A stretch of DNA of 64,000 bases from Myxococcota bacterium (lineage in GTDB: Bacteria; Myxococcota_A; UBA9160; UBA6930): assembly GCA_965223705.1 (NCBI GenBank), contig OZ245015.1:4343206-4407205 (forward strand), written 5' to 3'. Below the pieces are notes generated by a model. It did not search any database. It worked only from the letters and a program-made list of their open reading frames with translations, and was not told the origin of the DNA. The translations under genes and the position numbers were made by a program. Position 1 is the first letter of the stretch. Every line of letters begins with the position of its first letter. Shown here in pieces: positions 1 through 10,774 of the stretch.

Positions 1-800
1 AAGAGCGCCATCGCAAGCACATGACCCAACTCCTCGAGCGTTGGCGACGCGACAACTTGGCGATCCTGTCGGAAGCCGCAGGCGAATTCGCGAACGCCCT
101 GTGGGCATCCGCGTGCGACCGCGAGACCGTCGGCGAAGCCGTCCTCTCTCGCGTCGCCCGCAAGCGGGCGGCGGAAGAGCTCGCCCGACGCCTCGACGCG
201 AGAACCCGCGCCTCACTCGATCGATTGATCGCGTTGTACGGACTCGAAGGCGAAGCCGCGACGTGGGCGCGCGGGGCCTTCGCCGATGTCAAAGTGCCCG
301 GCGACAAGCCCGACCCGCGAAAGATTTCGGTGCTGGGCGGCATGGCTGGGGGAGCACTCGGCGGACTCATCGCCGACATCGCTCACGGTGGACTCACGTT
401 CGGCGGGGGAACCGTCGCGGGCGCGATTCTCGGTGGCCTCGGCCTCGGCGGATTGGCCTGGGCCTACGAACAGCTCACGGGACAGTCCGGGGAGCCGGTG
501 GTTGCGTGGTCGCCCGCGTTTATCGAACGACTCGTACGCGACGGGCTGCTGCGCTACCTCGCGGTGGCCCACTTCGGGCGCGGTGCCGGGGCCTTCCGCG
601 ATCGAGTCACCCCGGCGGCTTGGGCGCCGCGGGTCGAGCAACTGCTCGAGCGCAATGGGCGCGCCTTCGCAAAATTGGTCAAAAACGCGAAGCCCGAAGC
701 GCGCGGAGAAACACCGAGCGCGCTGGTTGCGCAATATGAGCAGTCTTTAAAAGGCCTGCTCGCGGATCTCTACCCTGGGTCGGAACGACTGCTTCGCTAG
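1..800 (+). CDS. DUF3482-like membrane-associated protein, C-terminal part (5' end outside the window)
   Basis: Track ORF 21..800. The frame stays open back to nt 3, so the gene is probably truncated by the window edge. A Gly-zipper segment [39 protein letters not shown] is followed by [11 protein letters not shown]...HFGRGAG, which resembles the C-terminal half of GTPase/DUF3482 proteins. The family is recalled from memory. Confidence 0.5.
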   Translation, partial: ERHRKHMTQLLERWRRDNLAILSEAAGEFANALWASACDRETVGEAVLSRVARKRAAEELARRLDARTRASLDRLIALYGLEGEAATWARGAFADVKVPGDKPDPRKISVLGGMAGGALGGLIADIAHGGLTFGGGTVAGAILGGLGLGGLAWAYEQLTGQSGEPVVAWSPAFIERLVRDGLLRYLAVAHFGRGAGAFRDRVTPAAWAPRVEQLLERNGRAFAKLVKNAKPEARGETPSALVAQYEQSLKGLLADLYPGSERLLR

Positions 801-1438
801 GCGTCGTCCGGGAACGGGACGCCCGTACCACCGATCCCGCAATAGCCCATGGGGTTCTTGTCGAGATATTGCTGGTGGTAGTCCTCAGCGTAGTAGAACG
901 GACCGGCGGGCTCGATTTCGGTCGTGATCGACGGGCCGCCCGCTTGGGAGATCGCTTTTTGGTACATCTCGCGCGTCTCGAGAGCCGCTTCGCGTTGCGC
1001 GTCGTTCAAGGTGTAGATCGCGGAGCGGTACTGAGTTCCGACGTCGTTTCCCTGACGCATTCCCTGGGTCGGATCGTGCGCCTCCCAGAACACCTTGAGT
1101 AGCGCCCGGTAGCTCACGATCGCGGGATCGAAGACCACCAGCACGACTTCGTTGTGCCCAGTGAGCCCGCTACAGACTTCTTCATACGTCGCGTTCGGCG
1201 TGTGGCCGCCCGCATAGCCGACTGCGGTGCTGTAGACGCCGGGCACCTGCCAGAATTTGCGTTCGACGCCCCAAAAGCAGCCGGCTCCGAAAATCGCCTG
1301 TTCGAGACCCTCGGGAAACGGCCCTTTGAGCGGGTGCCCCGAAACCGTGTGCTGGGGCGGAACGGGCATCGCTGTATCGCGTCCCGGTAGGGCCTCATCC
1401 GGAGCGGGAACCTCGAGCTTTTTCTGAAAGAGCGCCAT
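797..1438 (-). CDS. msrA: peptide-methionine (S)-S-oxide reductase
   Basis: Track ORF 797..1576. The active-site block GAGCFWGVE and the C-terminal YHQQYL are MsrA hallmarks. I moved the start to the ATG at 1438 ([10 protein letters not shown]) because the 46 upstream codons are Arg/Ser-rich filler. Confidence 0.9.
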   Translation of the reverse strand: MALFQKKLEVPAPDEALPGRDTAMPVPPQHTVSGHPLKGPFPEGLEQAIFGAGCFWGVERKFWQVPGVYSTAVGYAGGHTPNATYEEVCSGLTGHNEVVLVVFDPAIVSYRALLKVFWEAHDPTQGMRQGNDVGTQYRSAIYTLNDAQREAALETREMYQKAISQAGGPSITTEIEPAGPFYYAEDYHQQYLDKNPMGYCGIGGTGVPFPDDA

Positions 1439-1481
1439 CGCGTACCTCCGCGAGACAGTGTACCGGTGTCTGGCCCGGGTT

Positions 1482-2312
1482 TCAGGCGGGGGCCGGAAGG
1501 CCTTCGAGGAACTCGCGCAGGATGCCCCCCACTTCGTCGCGGTGGCTTCGCAGAGGGAAGTGCCCCGCACCCTCAACGACGTGCAGGACGGCGCCGGGAA
1601 TAACCGACGCGACCTGGCGGGACATCGCTTCTGTGGGGAAGTGGTCCTCCGCGCCGGAAACGATGAGTGCCGGGCAGCGGATCTTTGCGCAGTCGTCCAC
1701 CCAATCGGACCGGGAGTACGTCTCGTCGAGGACCGCGAGAAGCGTCTCGACCGTGTGATCTCGCAGGCCGTGAATCGCGCGCGCGAGCCGATCCGAGTCG
1801 GCGGCGAGTCGATCGGCCACTTGGTCGTTCATTCGGAGACGCACGTTTTCGATGTAGAACGCCCCGAACTCGCCCGCTTCCACGAGCGGGCGGTGCGCTT
1901 TCCACCACGCGACGTCTTCCGGCGTGGGCCCGAACGGCGGGCCGCTGATCGAAATCAGCGCGCGCACGCGCTCCGGGTAGTGGGAGGCGACATAGAGCGA
2001 GAGCGCACCCCCCATCGACGGACCGCCGAAAATCGCGCGCTCGATCCCCAAGGTGTCGATCCACGCCATGAGGTCCCGCGCTTTGCAGGCATACGTATTT
2101 TCTTCGCGCTTCGGCGACTTTTCGGAAAGCCCGTGACCCCGCGCGTCGGGATGGAGCACGCGGTAGGTCGCCCACAAAGGCTCGAGGTCGGCCACGACGT
2201 TCCGCGATTCTTCGACCGACCCCGGGTGGATCCACACCACCGCGGGCCCGGTCGGATTACCGCGGGCGAGCCAGTGGACGCGCGCGCCGTGATGGAGGAT
2301 GCACTCGGGCAT
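1482..2312 (-). CDS. alpha/beta-fold hydrolase
   Basis: 276 aa with the nucleophile elbow GGPSMGG (GxSxG). Length and motif order are typical of the alpha/beta hydrolase fold. Confidence 0.8.
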   Translation of the reverse strand: MPECILHHGARVHWLARGNPTGPAVVWIHPGSVEESRNVVADLEPLWATYRVLHPDARGHGLSEKSPKREENTYACKARDLMAWIDTLGIERAIFGGPSMGGALSLYVASHYPERVRALISISGPPFGPTPEDVAWWKAHRPLVEAGEFGAFYIENVRLRMNDQVADRLAADSDRLARAIHGLRDHTVETLLAVLDETYSRSDWVDDCAKIRCPALIVSGAEDHFPTEAMSRQVASVIPGAVLHVVEGAGHFPLRSHRDEVGGILREFLEGLPAPA

Positions 2313-2318
2313 GGGGCG

Positions 2319-3548
2319 CTAGGCGACGTGCGCTTCCCGCTCGATCAATTCGCGCTGCACGTCGGTGATGTAGTCGCGAACAGTCGGAGCCGCGTCTCGC
2401 TGGCGCGCGAGCTGCATCTGAAACGCGAGCTGGCTCCCGGTTCGAAACATCATCTCGGCGCTGATCAGGTAGAACTCGAACATTCGGCAGAAGCGCTCGT
2501 CGTACATCTCCGCGATCGTTTTTCGATTCGCCTCGAAACGGTCGTGCCAGTTGCGGACCGTATCCGCGTAGTGAACGCGCAAGAACTCGAGATCCGTCAC
2601 CCACAAACTGTGCTGCTCGACCGACGCGAACACTTCCGATAGCGCCGGCGAGTAGGCTCCGGGGAAGATGTACTTACGGAGCCACGGACTCGCCGTTCCG
2701 GGCGGGCTCATGTGACCGATTGAATGGAGGACGGCGACGCCGTCGTCGACCATCAGCTCGTTGATCTTGTCGAAGAACTCTCCGTAGTGCGCGACGCCGA
2801 CGTGCTCGAACATGCCCACGGAAACGATGCGGTCGAAGCGTTCCGAGACCTCGCGGTAATCCTTGAGTTCGAACCGCACGCGCCCCAGGAGACCCGACGC
2901 CTCCGCCCGCTGGCACGCGAGCTCGTGCTGTTCTTTCGAGAGCGTCACGCCGAGGACTTCTACCGGAACGACTTCAGCGAGATAGAGGGCGAGCCCTCCC
3001 CAGCCGCAACCGATGTCGAGAACGCGCTGCCCCGGCTTCAAGCCGAGCTTTGCGGCGAGGAGCCGGCACTTGTTTCGCTGTGCCTCTTCGAGGGTATCGC
3101 TGGGATTTCTGAAATAGCCGCAGGAGTAGAACATCCCGTCGTCGAGAAACAAGCGATAGAAATCGTTTCCCAGGTCGTAGTGGTGCGCGACGTTCCGCTG
3201 CGCCTTGCCGATCGGATTCGCCTGTTGAAACCGCTTCAACCCCCGGGAAATGCGACGCAGGAAGCTCTGCATTGGATACGAACCCAAGTTCAGTCGGTTC
3301 GTCGAGAACAGGGTCAAAAAATCGCGAAGGCTCGATTCCGGAAAGGTCAGGCGCCCGTCCATGAACGCTTCGCCGGCGTGAAGCTCCGGGTTGAGGAAGA
3401 GCTTCCAGTAGAGACTCGGGTCGGAGAGGCGCATCGTCACGTCGAGCCCCGGCTCGCCAGCGAAGACGTGGGAGCGGCCCGCTGCGTCGATCACCGTCAG
3501 TCGACCCACTCGAACGAACGACTGCAACATGTGGGAAAGCGGGAACAT
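2319..3548 (-). CDS. cyclopropane-fatty-acyl-phospholipid synthase family SAM-dependent methyltransferase
   Basis: 409 aa with SAM motif I VLDIGCGWGGLALYLA. The flanking blocks AHYDLGNDFY and FEHVG are typical of the CFA/mycolic-acid cyclopropane synthase family. Confidence 0.85.
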   Translation of the reverse strand: MFPLSHMLQSFVRVGRLTVIDAAGRSHVFAGEPGLDVTMRLSDPSLYWKLFLNPELHAGEAFMDGRLTFPESSLRDFLTLFSTNRLNLGSYPMQSFLRRISRGLKRFQQANPIGKAQRNVAHHYDLGNDFYRLFLDDGMFYSCGYFRNPSDTLEEAQRNKCRLLAAKLGLKPGQRVLDIGCGWGGLALYLAEVVPVEVLGVTLSKEQHELACQRAEASGLLGRVRFELKDYREVSERFDRIVSVGMFEHVGVAHYGEFFDKINELMVDDGVAVLHSIGHMSPPGTASPWLRKYIFPGAYSPALSEVFASVEQHSLWVTDLEFLRVHYADTVRNWHDRFEANRKTIAEMYDERFCRMFEFYLISAEMMFRTGSQLAFQMQLARQRDAAPTVRDYITDVQRELIEREAHVA

Positions 3549-3556
3549 AGAGGCTC

Positions 3557-4834
3557 CTAGCGCGCGGGTTCTCCGGGAATGGTTTCGCGCTGCAACACGT
3601 CGTCGGTTTCCATCGCTGCGATTTCCGCCTCGTCGTAGCCGAGCATGCCGGACAACACATCGCGATTGTGCTCGCCGAGGTAGGGGGCTTCGAGATCGAG
3701 CGACTCCGGGAAGTCCGAAAAGCGCAGCGGATTCCCCGGCACGTGGAAATCGGGCAGCCCGCGGTCGGAAATCGTTCGAATCGTTCCCCGCGCGCGGTGG
3801 TGCGGATGCTCCATCGCCTCTTTCACGGTGAGGACCGGACCCACCGGGATCCGGCCTTCCATCAGGGCGTCCATCGCTGCGTCGTCGCTCTCCATGCCCC
3901 GAATCCAGGTTTCGACGATCTCTACGAGCGCGTCGACGTTCTCGACGCGCTTGCCGTTATCGACGAAGCGCGGATCCTGGATGATGTCTTCGCGCCCGAT
4001 GACTTTGCAGAACTGCGGCCACTGGTGCTCGAGCGCGACGATGAACATGTAGCGCTCTCGTCCTCGGAAGATGCCGGTGGGTGCCAACGCGAAATGGTGC
4101 CGACCGTTCCGCGTCGGATTCATCGCGCCTTCGGACAGGCTGACGACCTGGGTGGTGATGTCGTGGTGGTGGAAGTAGCAATCGAGGAGCGAGATATCCA
4201 AGTACTGGCCTTTTCCGCTCTTCTCGCGGTGCAGCAGTGCGGCGTTGATCGCCCCGAAGGCGTGAGCTCCGGTCAGGGTGTCACCCAGACTGAACATCGG
4301 ATAAGACGGCGCCCCGCCCTTCTCGCCGATCAGTTCCGTGATCCCGGCGAATGCCTGGGCGATCGGGTCGTAGCCCACCATCTTCGCAAGTGGCCCGGTC
4401 TGACCGAACGTCGTGATCGAGCACATCACCGCGCGTGGATTGATCTCGTGGACGACATCCCAGCCGAGTCCGAGGCGCGCAATCGCGCCCACGGAAAAAT
4501 TCTCGATCACCACGTCCGCTTTCGCGACCAGCTTTTTCGCAGCTTCGAGAGCGCGCGGGTCGCGGAGATCGAGACACACGCTCTTCTTGCCTCGGTTCTG
4601 CTGCACGAAGTACCCGCTGCGCCCGTCCTTTACGAAAGGCAGCCCGCGAGCGCCATCGCCGGTAGGCGCCGCCTCGACCTTGATCACGTCGGCGCCCAGC
4701 TCGGCAAAGAGTCGGGTGCAGGCCGGCCCCGCGAGGAAATGAGTGAAATCGAGCACGGTGTAGCCGCTGAGTAGATGCGCCACGAGACCTCCTGCAGCCC
4801 GAGCCGGGAAAACCGGCTGGTACGGGGCAATCAC
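3557..4834 (-). CDS. family III CoA-transferase (CaiB/BaiF type)
   Basis: The N-terminal signature VLDFTHFLAGPACTRLFAELGADVIKVE and the 425-aa length fit the family. The exact start codon is uncertain. Confidence 0.85.
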   Translation of the reverse strand: MIAPYQPVFPARAAGGLVAHLLSGYTVLDFTHFLAGPACTRLFAELGADVIKVEAAPTGDGARGLPFVKDGRSGYFVQQNRGKKSVCLDLRDPRALEAAKKLVAKADVVIENFSVGAIARLGLGWDVVHEINPRAVMCSITTFGQTGPLAKMVGYDPIAQAFAGITELIGEKGGAPSYPMFSLGDTLTGAHAFGAINAALLHREKSGKGQYLDISLLDCYFHHHDITTQVVSLSEGAMNPTRNGRHHFALAPTGIFRGRERYMFIVALEHQWPQFCKVIGREDIIQDPRFVDNGKRVENVDALVEIVETWIRGMESDDAAMDALMEGRIPVGPVLTVKEAMEHPHHRARGTIRTISDRGLPDFHVPGNPLRFSDFPESLDLEAPYLGEHNRDVLSGMLGYDEAEIAAMETDDVLQRETIPGEPAR

Positions 4835-4881
4835 TCGGTGCAGAATAGGCGACTTTCGACGAACGCCTGGAGGAAACCTCA

Positions 4882-5652
4882 GTGCAAACCGGCCCCCGAC
4901 TGGCGGGCAAGAATATCCTCGTCACCGGCGGAGCCAGTGGGATCGGGAGAGCGGCCTCGCTCAGGCTGGGTGTCGAAGGCGCCCGGGTGTGCGTCGCGGA
5001 TATCGCTTCCGAAGGCGTTCGCGCTGTAGCCGACGAGATCGAGTCCGCGGGCGGCCAGGCCGAGCCGCTCACGCTCGACGTGACCGACGGAGGCGCCGTC
5101 GCGGCCGCGATCGCGAATTTTGCGAGCCGGAACGGGAGACTCGACGGCGCGTTCAACAACGCGGGCATCGAGGGTCCCGCGCTCCGGACGCTCGAGTACC
5201 CCGACGATGCGTGGGATCGCGTCCTCGACGTCAACTTGAAGGGCGTGTGGTGGTGCATGAAGGCCGAGCTCTCCCAAATGATGTCCCAGGGCGGAGGCGG
5301 CTCGATCGTCAACACTGCATCGGTCGCCGGCATTCGGGGGTTCCCGGGAGCTTCGGCCTATGTCGCTTCGAAGCACGGGGTCGTCGGTCTCACGCGCTCC
5401 GCCGCCGTGGAATACGCCCGCCACGGAATCCGCGTGAACGCCATCTGCCCGGGCTTTATCAAGACGCCCATGGCGGACCGTGTGGGAGAGGCCGGACGGG
5501 TGAACCCCGACGCCATGGGAGGCCTCGCACCCATTGGGCGGATGGGAGAGGCACGCGAAATCGGCGACGCCGCGAGTTGGCTGCTCTCCGACGAGGCGGG
5601 CTTCACAACCGGCGTGGCACTCGAAGTCGACGGGGGATACGCCGCTCGCTAA
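4882..5652 (+). CDS. SDR family oxidoreductase (classical)
   Basis: Carries TGGASGIG, NNAG and the catalytic YVASK (YxxxK). GTG start. Confidence 0.9.
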   Translation: MQTGPRLAGKNILVTGGASGIGRAASLRLGVEGARVCVADIASEGVRAVADEIESAGGQAEPLTLDVTDGGAVAAAIANFASRNGRLDGAFNNAGIEGPALRTLEYPDDAWDRVLDVNLKGVWWCMKAELSQMMSQGGGGSIVNTASVAGIRGFPGASAYVASKHGVVGLTRSAAVEYARHGIRVNAICPGFIKTPMADRVGEAGRVNPDAMGGLAPIGRMGEAREIGDAASWLLSDEAGFTTGVALEVDGGYAAR

Positions 5653-5664
5653 GCGGCAGTCGGT

Positions 5665-6672
5665 ATGCAACGTCGGATCGGCATCATGTTGTGGCCGTCC
5701 CCCGGGATCGACGCGGGCTTCTCCCGCGCGCTCTGGTGTGAGCAGGAAGGATTCGACGACGTCTGGTTCCCCGACGGCGAGGGAATGCAGGACGCGCTGA
5801 CCCTTGCTGCCGGGGTCGCTTCTCGAACCGCTCGTATCCGTTTGTGTACGGGGATCGTCCCCGTCTACAACCGCCCCCCCGCTGTCTTGGCGACTTCAGC
5901 GCTCGCGCTGTCTCACCTCGCTCCCGGTCGGTTCGTCCTTGGGATTGGATCCTCGACGCACGCGATGATCGAGAACTGGTACGGCCGGTCTTTCGAGAAG
6001 CCTTTGGCCAACGTTCGCGAAACGACGCAGCTCTTGCGCCGCCTGTTCGCGGGCGAGAAAACGGATTTTCAAGGCGAGGTCCTTCGCAGTCGGGGTTTCC
6101 GGTTGAAGGAGCGCCCGGGCGGCGAGATTCCGATTCATATCGCCGCCATGGGGCCCAAGATGCTTCGCCTCGCCGGCGAAGTGGGAGACGGTGTCGTGTT
6201 GAACGACATGACCCCCGACGACCGTATTCCCGCAGCGCTCGAACAGATCGACGAAGGCGCGAAGCGAAGCGGACGTCGGGTCGAAGACCTCGAAATCTCG
6301 ATCCGGCGTGCCACCCTCGTCACCGACGATGAGAACGACGCTCGAGAGATGTTCCGGAGCCAGTTCACCTTTTATGCGTCAACTCCGGTGTACCAACGGC
6401 AAATGATCGAGCTCGGCTACGCATCGGCGATCGATGAGATTCGGCTCGGCTACGCGAACCGCGATCGGGGGCGCAGCCTCCGCGCCGTCGACGATGCCAT
6501 GGTCGAACGGTTCTACGTTTTCGGTGATGGCGAAGCCTGTCGCCGGCGGGTCCGCGCGAGTTTCGACGCCGGGATCGACACGGTGTTCGTGAGCCCTCAG
6601 GCGCGTTGTAGCGACCACTTCGATGCCACGTGCCGAGCGTTTGCGCCGACCGTCTTTGCCACCGGATCGTGA
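5665..6672 (+). CDS. LLM-class flavin-dependent oxidoreductase
   Basis: 335 aa. The blocks FDDVWFPD...RIRLCTGIVPVYNRPPAVLA...GRFVLGIGSS are typical of the luciferase-like monooxygenase fold. Confidence 0.8.
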   Translation: MQRRIGIMLWPSPGIDAGFSRALWCEQEGFDDVWFPDGEGMQDALTLAAGVASRTARIRLCTGIVPVYNRPPAVLATSALALSHLAPGRFVLGIGSSTHAMIENWYGRSFEKPLANVRETTQLLRRLFAGEKTDFQGEVLRSRGFRLKERPGGEIPIHIAAMGPKMLRLAGEVGDGVVLNDMTPDDRIPAALEQIDEGAKRSGRRVEDLEISIRRATLVTDDENDAREMFRSQFTFYASTPVYQRQMIELGYASAIDEIRLGYANRDRGRSLRAVDDAMVERFYVFGDGEACRRRVRASFDAGIDTVFVSPQARCSDHFDATCRAFAPTVFATGS

Positions 6673-6681
6673 GGAAAATCG

Positions 6682-7701
6682 ATGCCGCGCCAATCGCGAA
6701 AGCTTCGCTTCGGTCTCTGGTACGCGTTTCGCAACCCCGAAGCCTGGAGACGTCCCTTCCCAGAAATCTATGCCGAGGTCTTCGAGCAAATCGAGTGGGC
6801 GGAGCACCGCGGCTTCGACGACGTCTGGTTGACCGAGCACCATTTTTGCGAGGACGGACACGCGCCCTCGATCCTTCCTCTCGCCGCAGCCGTCGCGGCG
6901 CGGACGAAACGCATCCGGATCGGTACGGGCGTTCTGCTGCTCCCGCTCCACAATCCCGTCCGCGTCGCCGAAGATGGCGCGACCATCGACATCATTTCGA
7001 ACGGTCGGTTCGAGTTGGGCGTCGGAGTCGGCTACCGGCCGCAAGAATTCCCCGCTCTCGGCGCAAGACGCGAGGAGCGTGCGACGCGAACCGACGAAGG
7101 GCTCGAGATCATTCGTCGGCTCTGGGCCGGTGAAACGCTTTCCTTCTCCGGCCGGCATCACCAGTTCGAGAACGTGAAGCTCGAGCCGATGCCTGTACAG
7201 GAGCCGCCGCCGATCTGGGTCGGCGGGTTTGCGCCCGCATCGGTGCGACGCGCAGCGCGTTTGGGAGATGGCTACCTCGGCACGGCCGACGACGGGACGC
7301 TCACCGCCCTCTACCGTGAGGAACTGGCAAAAGCGGGCAAAGACCCCTCGGCCGCGCGCATCGCCGGGGGGCACTTTTGGCTCATCGCTTCTCGCGACCC
7401 GGAAAAAACCTGGGCCGAGCTCGCACCCCACGTCCTCTATCAGATGCAGGTCTACAACCGCTGGCTCGAGGACGCGGGCCAGGCGCTTTTCCCGGAGATG
7501 TCCGATGTCGAGGCGCTTCGCGCCACGGGACTGCTCAAGGTCCTGACACCGGCCGAGGTCGTCCGGGAAATCCGGACTTACCTCGAGATTTGCCCACTCG
7601 AGAGGTATTACAGCTGGACGATTCCGCCGGGCGTACCCGCCGAGGCGATGACGCCGTATCTCGAGCTTTTTGCGGCAGAGGTGATTCCCCACTTCCAGTG
7701 A
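6682..7701 (+). CDS. LLM-class flavin-dependent oxidoreductase
   Basis: 339 aa. The blocks FDDVWLTEHHF...RIRIGTGVLLLPLHNPVRVAED...GRFELGVGVGY are typical of the fold. It lies 9 nt after the preceding LLM gene. Confidence 0.8.
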   Translation: MPRQSRKLRFGLWYAFRNPEAWRRPFPEIYAEVFEQIEWAEHRGFDDVWLTEHHFCEDGHAPSILPLAAAVAARTKRIRIGTGVLLLPLHNPVRVAEDGATIDIISNGRFELGVGVGYRPQEFPALGARREERATRTDEGLEIIRRLWAGETLSFSGRHHQFENVKLEPMPVQEPPPIWVGGFAPASVRRAARLGDGYLGTADDGTLTALYREELAKAGKDPSAARIAGGHFWLIASRDPEKTWAELAPHVLYQMQVYNRWLEDAGQALFPEMSDVEALRATGLLKVLTPAEVVREIRTYLEICPLERYYSWTIPPGVPAEAMTPYLELFAAEVIPHFQ

Positions 7702-7725
7702 GAGAAGACGCAACTTGCGGGTCCG

Positions 7726-9852
7726 TTGCCGGCCAGCGAGCCCTTAATCTCGACCCGCAAGCCGGCCGATAGAACGAAGGTGTCTTCCTCGAATCAGCCG
7801 CCGCTGGTGCTCGTGGCCCTCGCCCAGGGTCCGCGTGAAGTCGCTTGCCAGGAACTGATCCGGCGCGGCTGCTACGCGGAGCCCGTCCTCACCGAGCACC
7901 TCCCGGAACTCACCCGCGAGCTGGGAAGTTGTTGTGTTCTCATCGATTTCGATACTGCGATTGATTCACTGCCCCACCGACTTTTAAACCGCGCGAACGA
8001 CCCGGTACCGATGTTGATCTTCGCGCGCGATGTCGGAGTCGCCGCTCCGCTTGCCCAGGCCGACCCGCAGTACGTCGACGTCATCGCGAGACCTTGCGAT
8101 TGGGATGACGTCGCGCTGCGGGTTGCGCGACTTCTCGAGACCTGCGCCGGCTGGAACGCGTTGCAGCGCTCTCAGCGCGTCGCCCGCATGGGAAGTTGGA
8201 AGTGGGACTACGAATCGGATGAGATGCAGTGGTCGGACGAGACGTTCCGCGTGCTCGGTCTAGAACCCGGAAGCTTCATCCCGAGCGGACAAACGCTTCT
8301 CTCCCGTGTGCACGCGGACGATCGCACGACGGTCCAGGACAAAATGCGTTGGTCGGCAAAGACCGGAAAAGGGTTCTCCCTCGAGCATCGGGTGTCACGA
8401 CCCGACGGGGAGACCGTTCGGGTGCGACACGAGGGCGAAGTCTCGGACGTCGACGGGGTGCTGATCGGAACGATCCAAGACGTCACGAGTCAGGTCGAGT
8501 CCATTCAGTCTATCCAGCAGCTCGCCAACCTGGACAGCCTCACCGGCTTGGCGAATCGCCGCTACTTCCTCGAACGGCTCGATCAGGCGATCTTGGAAGC
8601 GCAACGAACGGGGCAGCTCGGCGCGCTCCTTTACTTGGATCTCGATCAGTTCAAGCGCATCAACGACAGCCTCGGCCACCGCGCCGGCGATGTCCTGTTG
8701 CGGACCGTCGCGGAGCGGATCATCCGACAAGTCCGCGAGCACGACGACGTCGGTCGCCTGGGGCAACTCGAGAGCGGGCTGCATTCGATCTCCCGATTGG
8801 GTGGCGACGAGTTCACCGTGTTTCTTCCGAACGTCACGCGCCGAGGCGACGTCGAACGCATTGCAAAGCGCCTGCTGCAATCGCTCGGGCGCCCCATCGA
8901 AATCGATCACCGCGAGGTCCTCGTCACCGTGAGCATCGGAATCGCGATGTTCCCATCGCACGCCGAAGACGCGGAGACCCTCCTGCAACACGCCGATAGC
9001 GCGATGTACTTCGCGAAGGACCGCGGGCGCAACAACTACCAGTTCTACGACGACTCCATGGGAACCGAAGCGCTTCGGGGCCTGCTCCTCGAGTCGAATT
9101 TGCGGCGCGCCCTTCCGGAAGGCGCGCTCTCGGTGGCGTATCAGCCCCGGATCCGCGTGAGCGACGGAACCGTGTGCGGAGCCGAAGCGCTCATGCGGTG
9201 GAACGACAGCGAGCTCGGGAAAATCGCCGCGAGCGAGTTTATTCCCGTCGCCGAAGAGTCCGGGCTGATCGTGCCGCTCGGCAGTTGGATCTTCGAAACG
9301 GTCTGCGAGGAGAAGAGTCGGCTCAATGCCGACGGTGCACCGCCGATCCCGCTATCGGTGAACGTCTCTCCTGCCCAGTTCGTGCGAGACGACGTCGAGT
9401 CGATGGTCACCCACGGTCTCCGGCATCACAACATCGAGCCCTCCCAGATCGAAATCGAGATCACCGAGAGCCTCCTCATGCAGCAGGATCAGAGCGTCGC
9501 GAACGCACTTCACACCCTGCGATCGATCGGAGTCCGGATCGCGCTCGACGATTTCGGCACGGGCTACTCCTCGCTTTCCTACCTGACGCAGTTTCCGATC
9601 GACACGCTCAAGATCGACCGTTGCCTCGTCCGCGATGTCCACAGCGACCCCAATTCTCGCGGCATCCTTCGAGCGCTCATCGAGATGGGACACAGCCTCG
9701 GTATGGTGGTCGTAGCCGAAGGCGTCGACTGTATGGAGCAGTACGAGATCTTGAAGAAACTCGGGTGCGATGAGGCCCAGGGGTTTCTGTTTAGCCAAGC
9801 CGTTCCGATCAACGACTTCAGACACCTGCTGCACCACCGCTTCGACGACTAG
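7726..9852 (+). CDS. PAS-GGDEF-EAL c-di-GMP signalling protein with N-terminal receiver-like domain
   Basis: Carries RLGGDEFTVFL (GGDEF), GAEALMRW (EAL) and DDFGTGYSSL. A PAS-like block WKWDYESDEMQWSDETFRVLG is present. The N-terminal ~140 aa resemble a receiver domain. Confidence 0.85.
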   Translation: MPASEPLISTRKPADRTKVSSSNQPPLVLVALAQGPREVACQELIRRGCYAEPVLTEHLPELTRELGSCCVLIDFDTAIDSLPHRLLNRANDPVPMLIFARDVGVAAPLAQADPQYVDVIARPCDWDDVALRVARLLETCAGWNALQRSQRVARMGSWKWDYESDEMQWSDETFRVLGLEPGSFIPSGQTLLSRVHADDRTTVQDKMRWSAKTGKGFSLEHRVSRPDGETVRVRHEGEVSDVDGVLIGTIQDVTSQVESIQSIQQLANLDSLTGLANRRYFLERLDQAILEAQRTGQLGALLYLDLDQFKRINDSLGHRAGDVLLRTVAERIIRQVREHDDVGRLGQLESGLHSISRLGGDEFTVFLPNVTRRGDVERIAKRLLQSLGRPIEIDHREVLVTVSIGIAMFPSHAEDAETLLQHADSAMYFAKDRGRNNYQFYDDSMGTEALRGLLLESNLRRALPEGALSVAYQPRIRVSDGTVCGAEALMRWNDSELGKIAASEFIPVAEESGLIVPLGSWIFETVCEEKSRLNADGAPPIPLSVNVSPAQFVRDDVESMVTHGLRHHNIEPSQIEIEITESLLMQQDQSVANALHTLRSIGVRIALDDFGTGYSSLSYLTQFPIDTLKIDRCLVRDVHSDPNSRGILRALIEMGHSLGMVVVAEGVDCMEQYEILKKLGCDEAQGFLFSQAVPINDFRHLLHHRFDD

Positions 9853-10682
9853 CTGCTGACGATCGGAGACAATCGATCGAGCTGTTGCGTATCCGCATCG
9901 ATGCGGAATTGCCAATCGCTGGCGCCGTCGATCGGCGTATCGGTGCGACAGCGCACGACCGCGGCGATGCGTTTGACGGAAAACGGCGGGACGTAACCGA
10001 GACGCAGTTCGATGAACCGGAAGCCGTCGGGCGGCGCGAGCGTGGCGCACTTGGTGCCGTCCCGGGAATACACCTCGAGCCTCGCCTCGCAGGTTTCCTC
10101 GGTCAGCAACACCGCCAACGTTCCGGTAGATGGGCAAACCTGGGTTTGCTCGACGGGCCCGCCGCACAAGACGGGACGCCCACCCCAATGAACCAGGGGT
10201 TTGTCCGGCTCAAAGGACACCGCCTCCCGAGCCATGGCGACCCGGGGTGCACCATTCTCTTCGTCGGCAAAATCCGCGAGGATCTCCTGCACCCGCGACT
10301 CGACGAAATGGACGAGTTCGCGAGCGTCGGGGGGCGGTTCGACCCGCTCGTCCGTGGGTTCAGCGAATTCTGCCGGACGATCCGAGCGGGCGAAGAAGAG
10401 CAGACCGAGACCCAGCACGCCTCCGGTGAGGAGTGCGAGCGGCAGGGTTTTCTCTGCGACGGCGGGGGCGAAACGCGCCAGCATGCCCGCGGAGGCCCAA
10501 ACGGCGCACAGAGCGAAGGCCACGATGGCGACCAGGGTCGTCCAGGGAACTGCGCCGGTCTCGCTGGCCTCTTGCCGCCGATCGACGTCCCCGAGGGCCC
10601 GGTCGCCAGGCGTCGTTTGAGCGTAGGTCGACGGGGCTCGATGGGACGCGAGTGGTCGTTGGCAGTGGGTGCAGCGGTCCAC
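9849..10682 (-). CDS. hypothetical membrane protein
   Basis: 277 aa. It has an N-terminal CTHC motif, two predicted TM segments (WTTLVAIVAFALCAVWASAG and LPLALLTGGVLGLGLLFFA) and a C-terminal soluble domain with protein-like composition. I recognise no family. Confidence 0.5.
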   Translation of the reverse strand: MDRCTHCQRPLASHRAPSTYAQTTPGDRALGDVDRRQEASETGAVPWTTLVAIVAFALCAVWASAGMLARFAPAVAEKTLPLALLTGGVLGLGLLFFARSDRPAEFAEPTDERVEPPPDARELVHFVESRVQEILADFADEENGAPRVAMAREAVSFEPDKPLVHWGGRPVLCGGPVEQTQVCPSTGTLAVLLTEETCEARLEVYSRDGTKCATLAPPDGFRFIELRLGYVPPFSVKRIAAVVRCRTDTPIDGASDWQFRIDADTQQLDRLSPIVSS

Positions 10683-10774
10683 GTCTCTGGATTCCTTCGC
10701 GGATCACATCGGCGGGCCAGAAGATCGACGTTAGGCGTGTCGTGAGCGTTAGACTGAGGGGCAGCGGAGGACCC

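Noticed and set aside
1458-2642. 394-aa ORF on the plus strand
   Set aside because: It is antisense to the alpha/beta hydrolase and the CFA-synthase-like genes. It has shadow-ORF composition.
6379-7713. 444-aa ORF on the minus strand
   Set aside because: It lies antisense across two well-supported LLM oxidoreductase genes. Its Arg/Gly/Pro-rich composition is typical of shadow ORFs in GC-rich DNA, and I recognise no motif in it.
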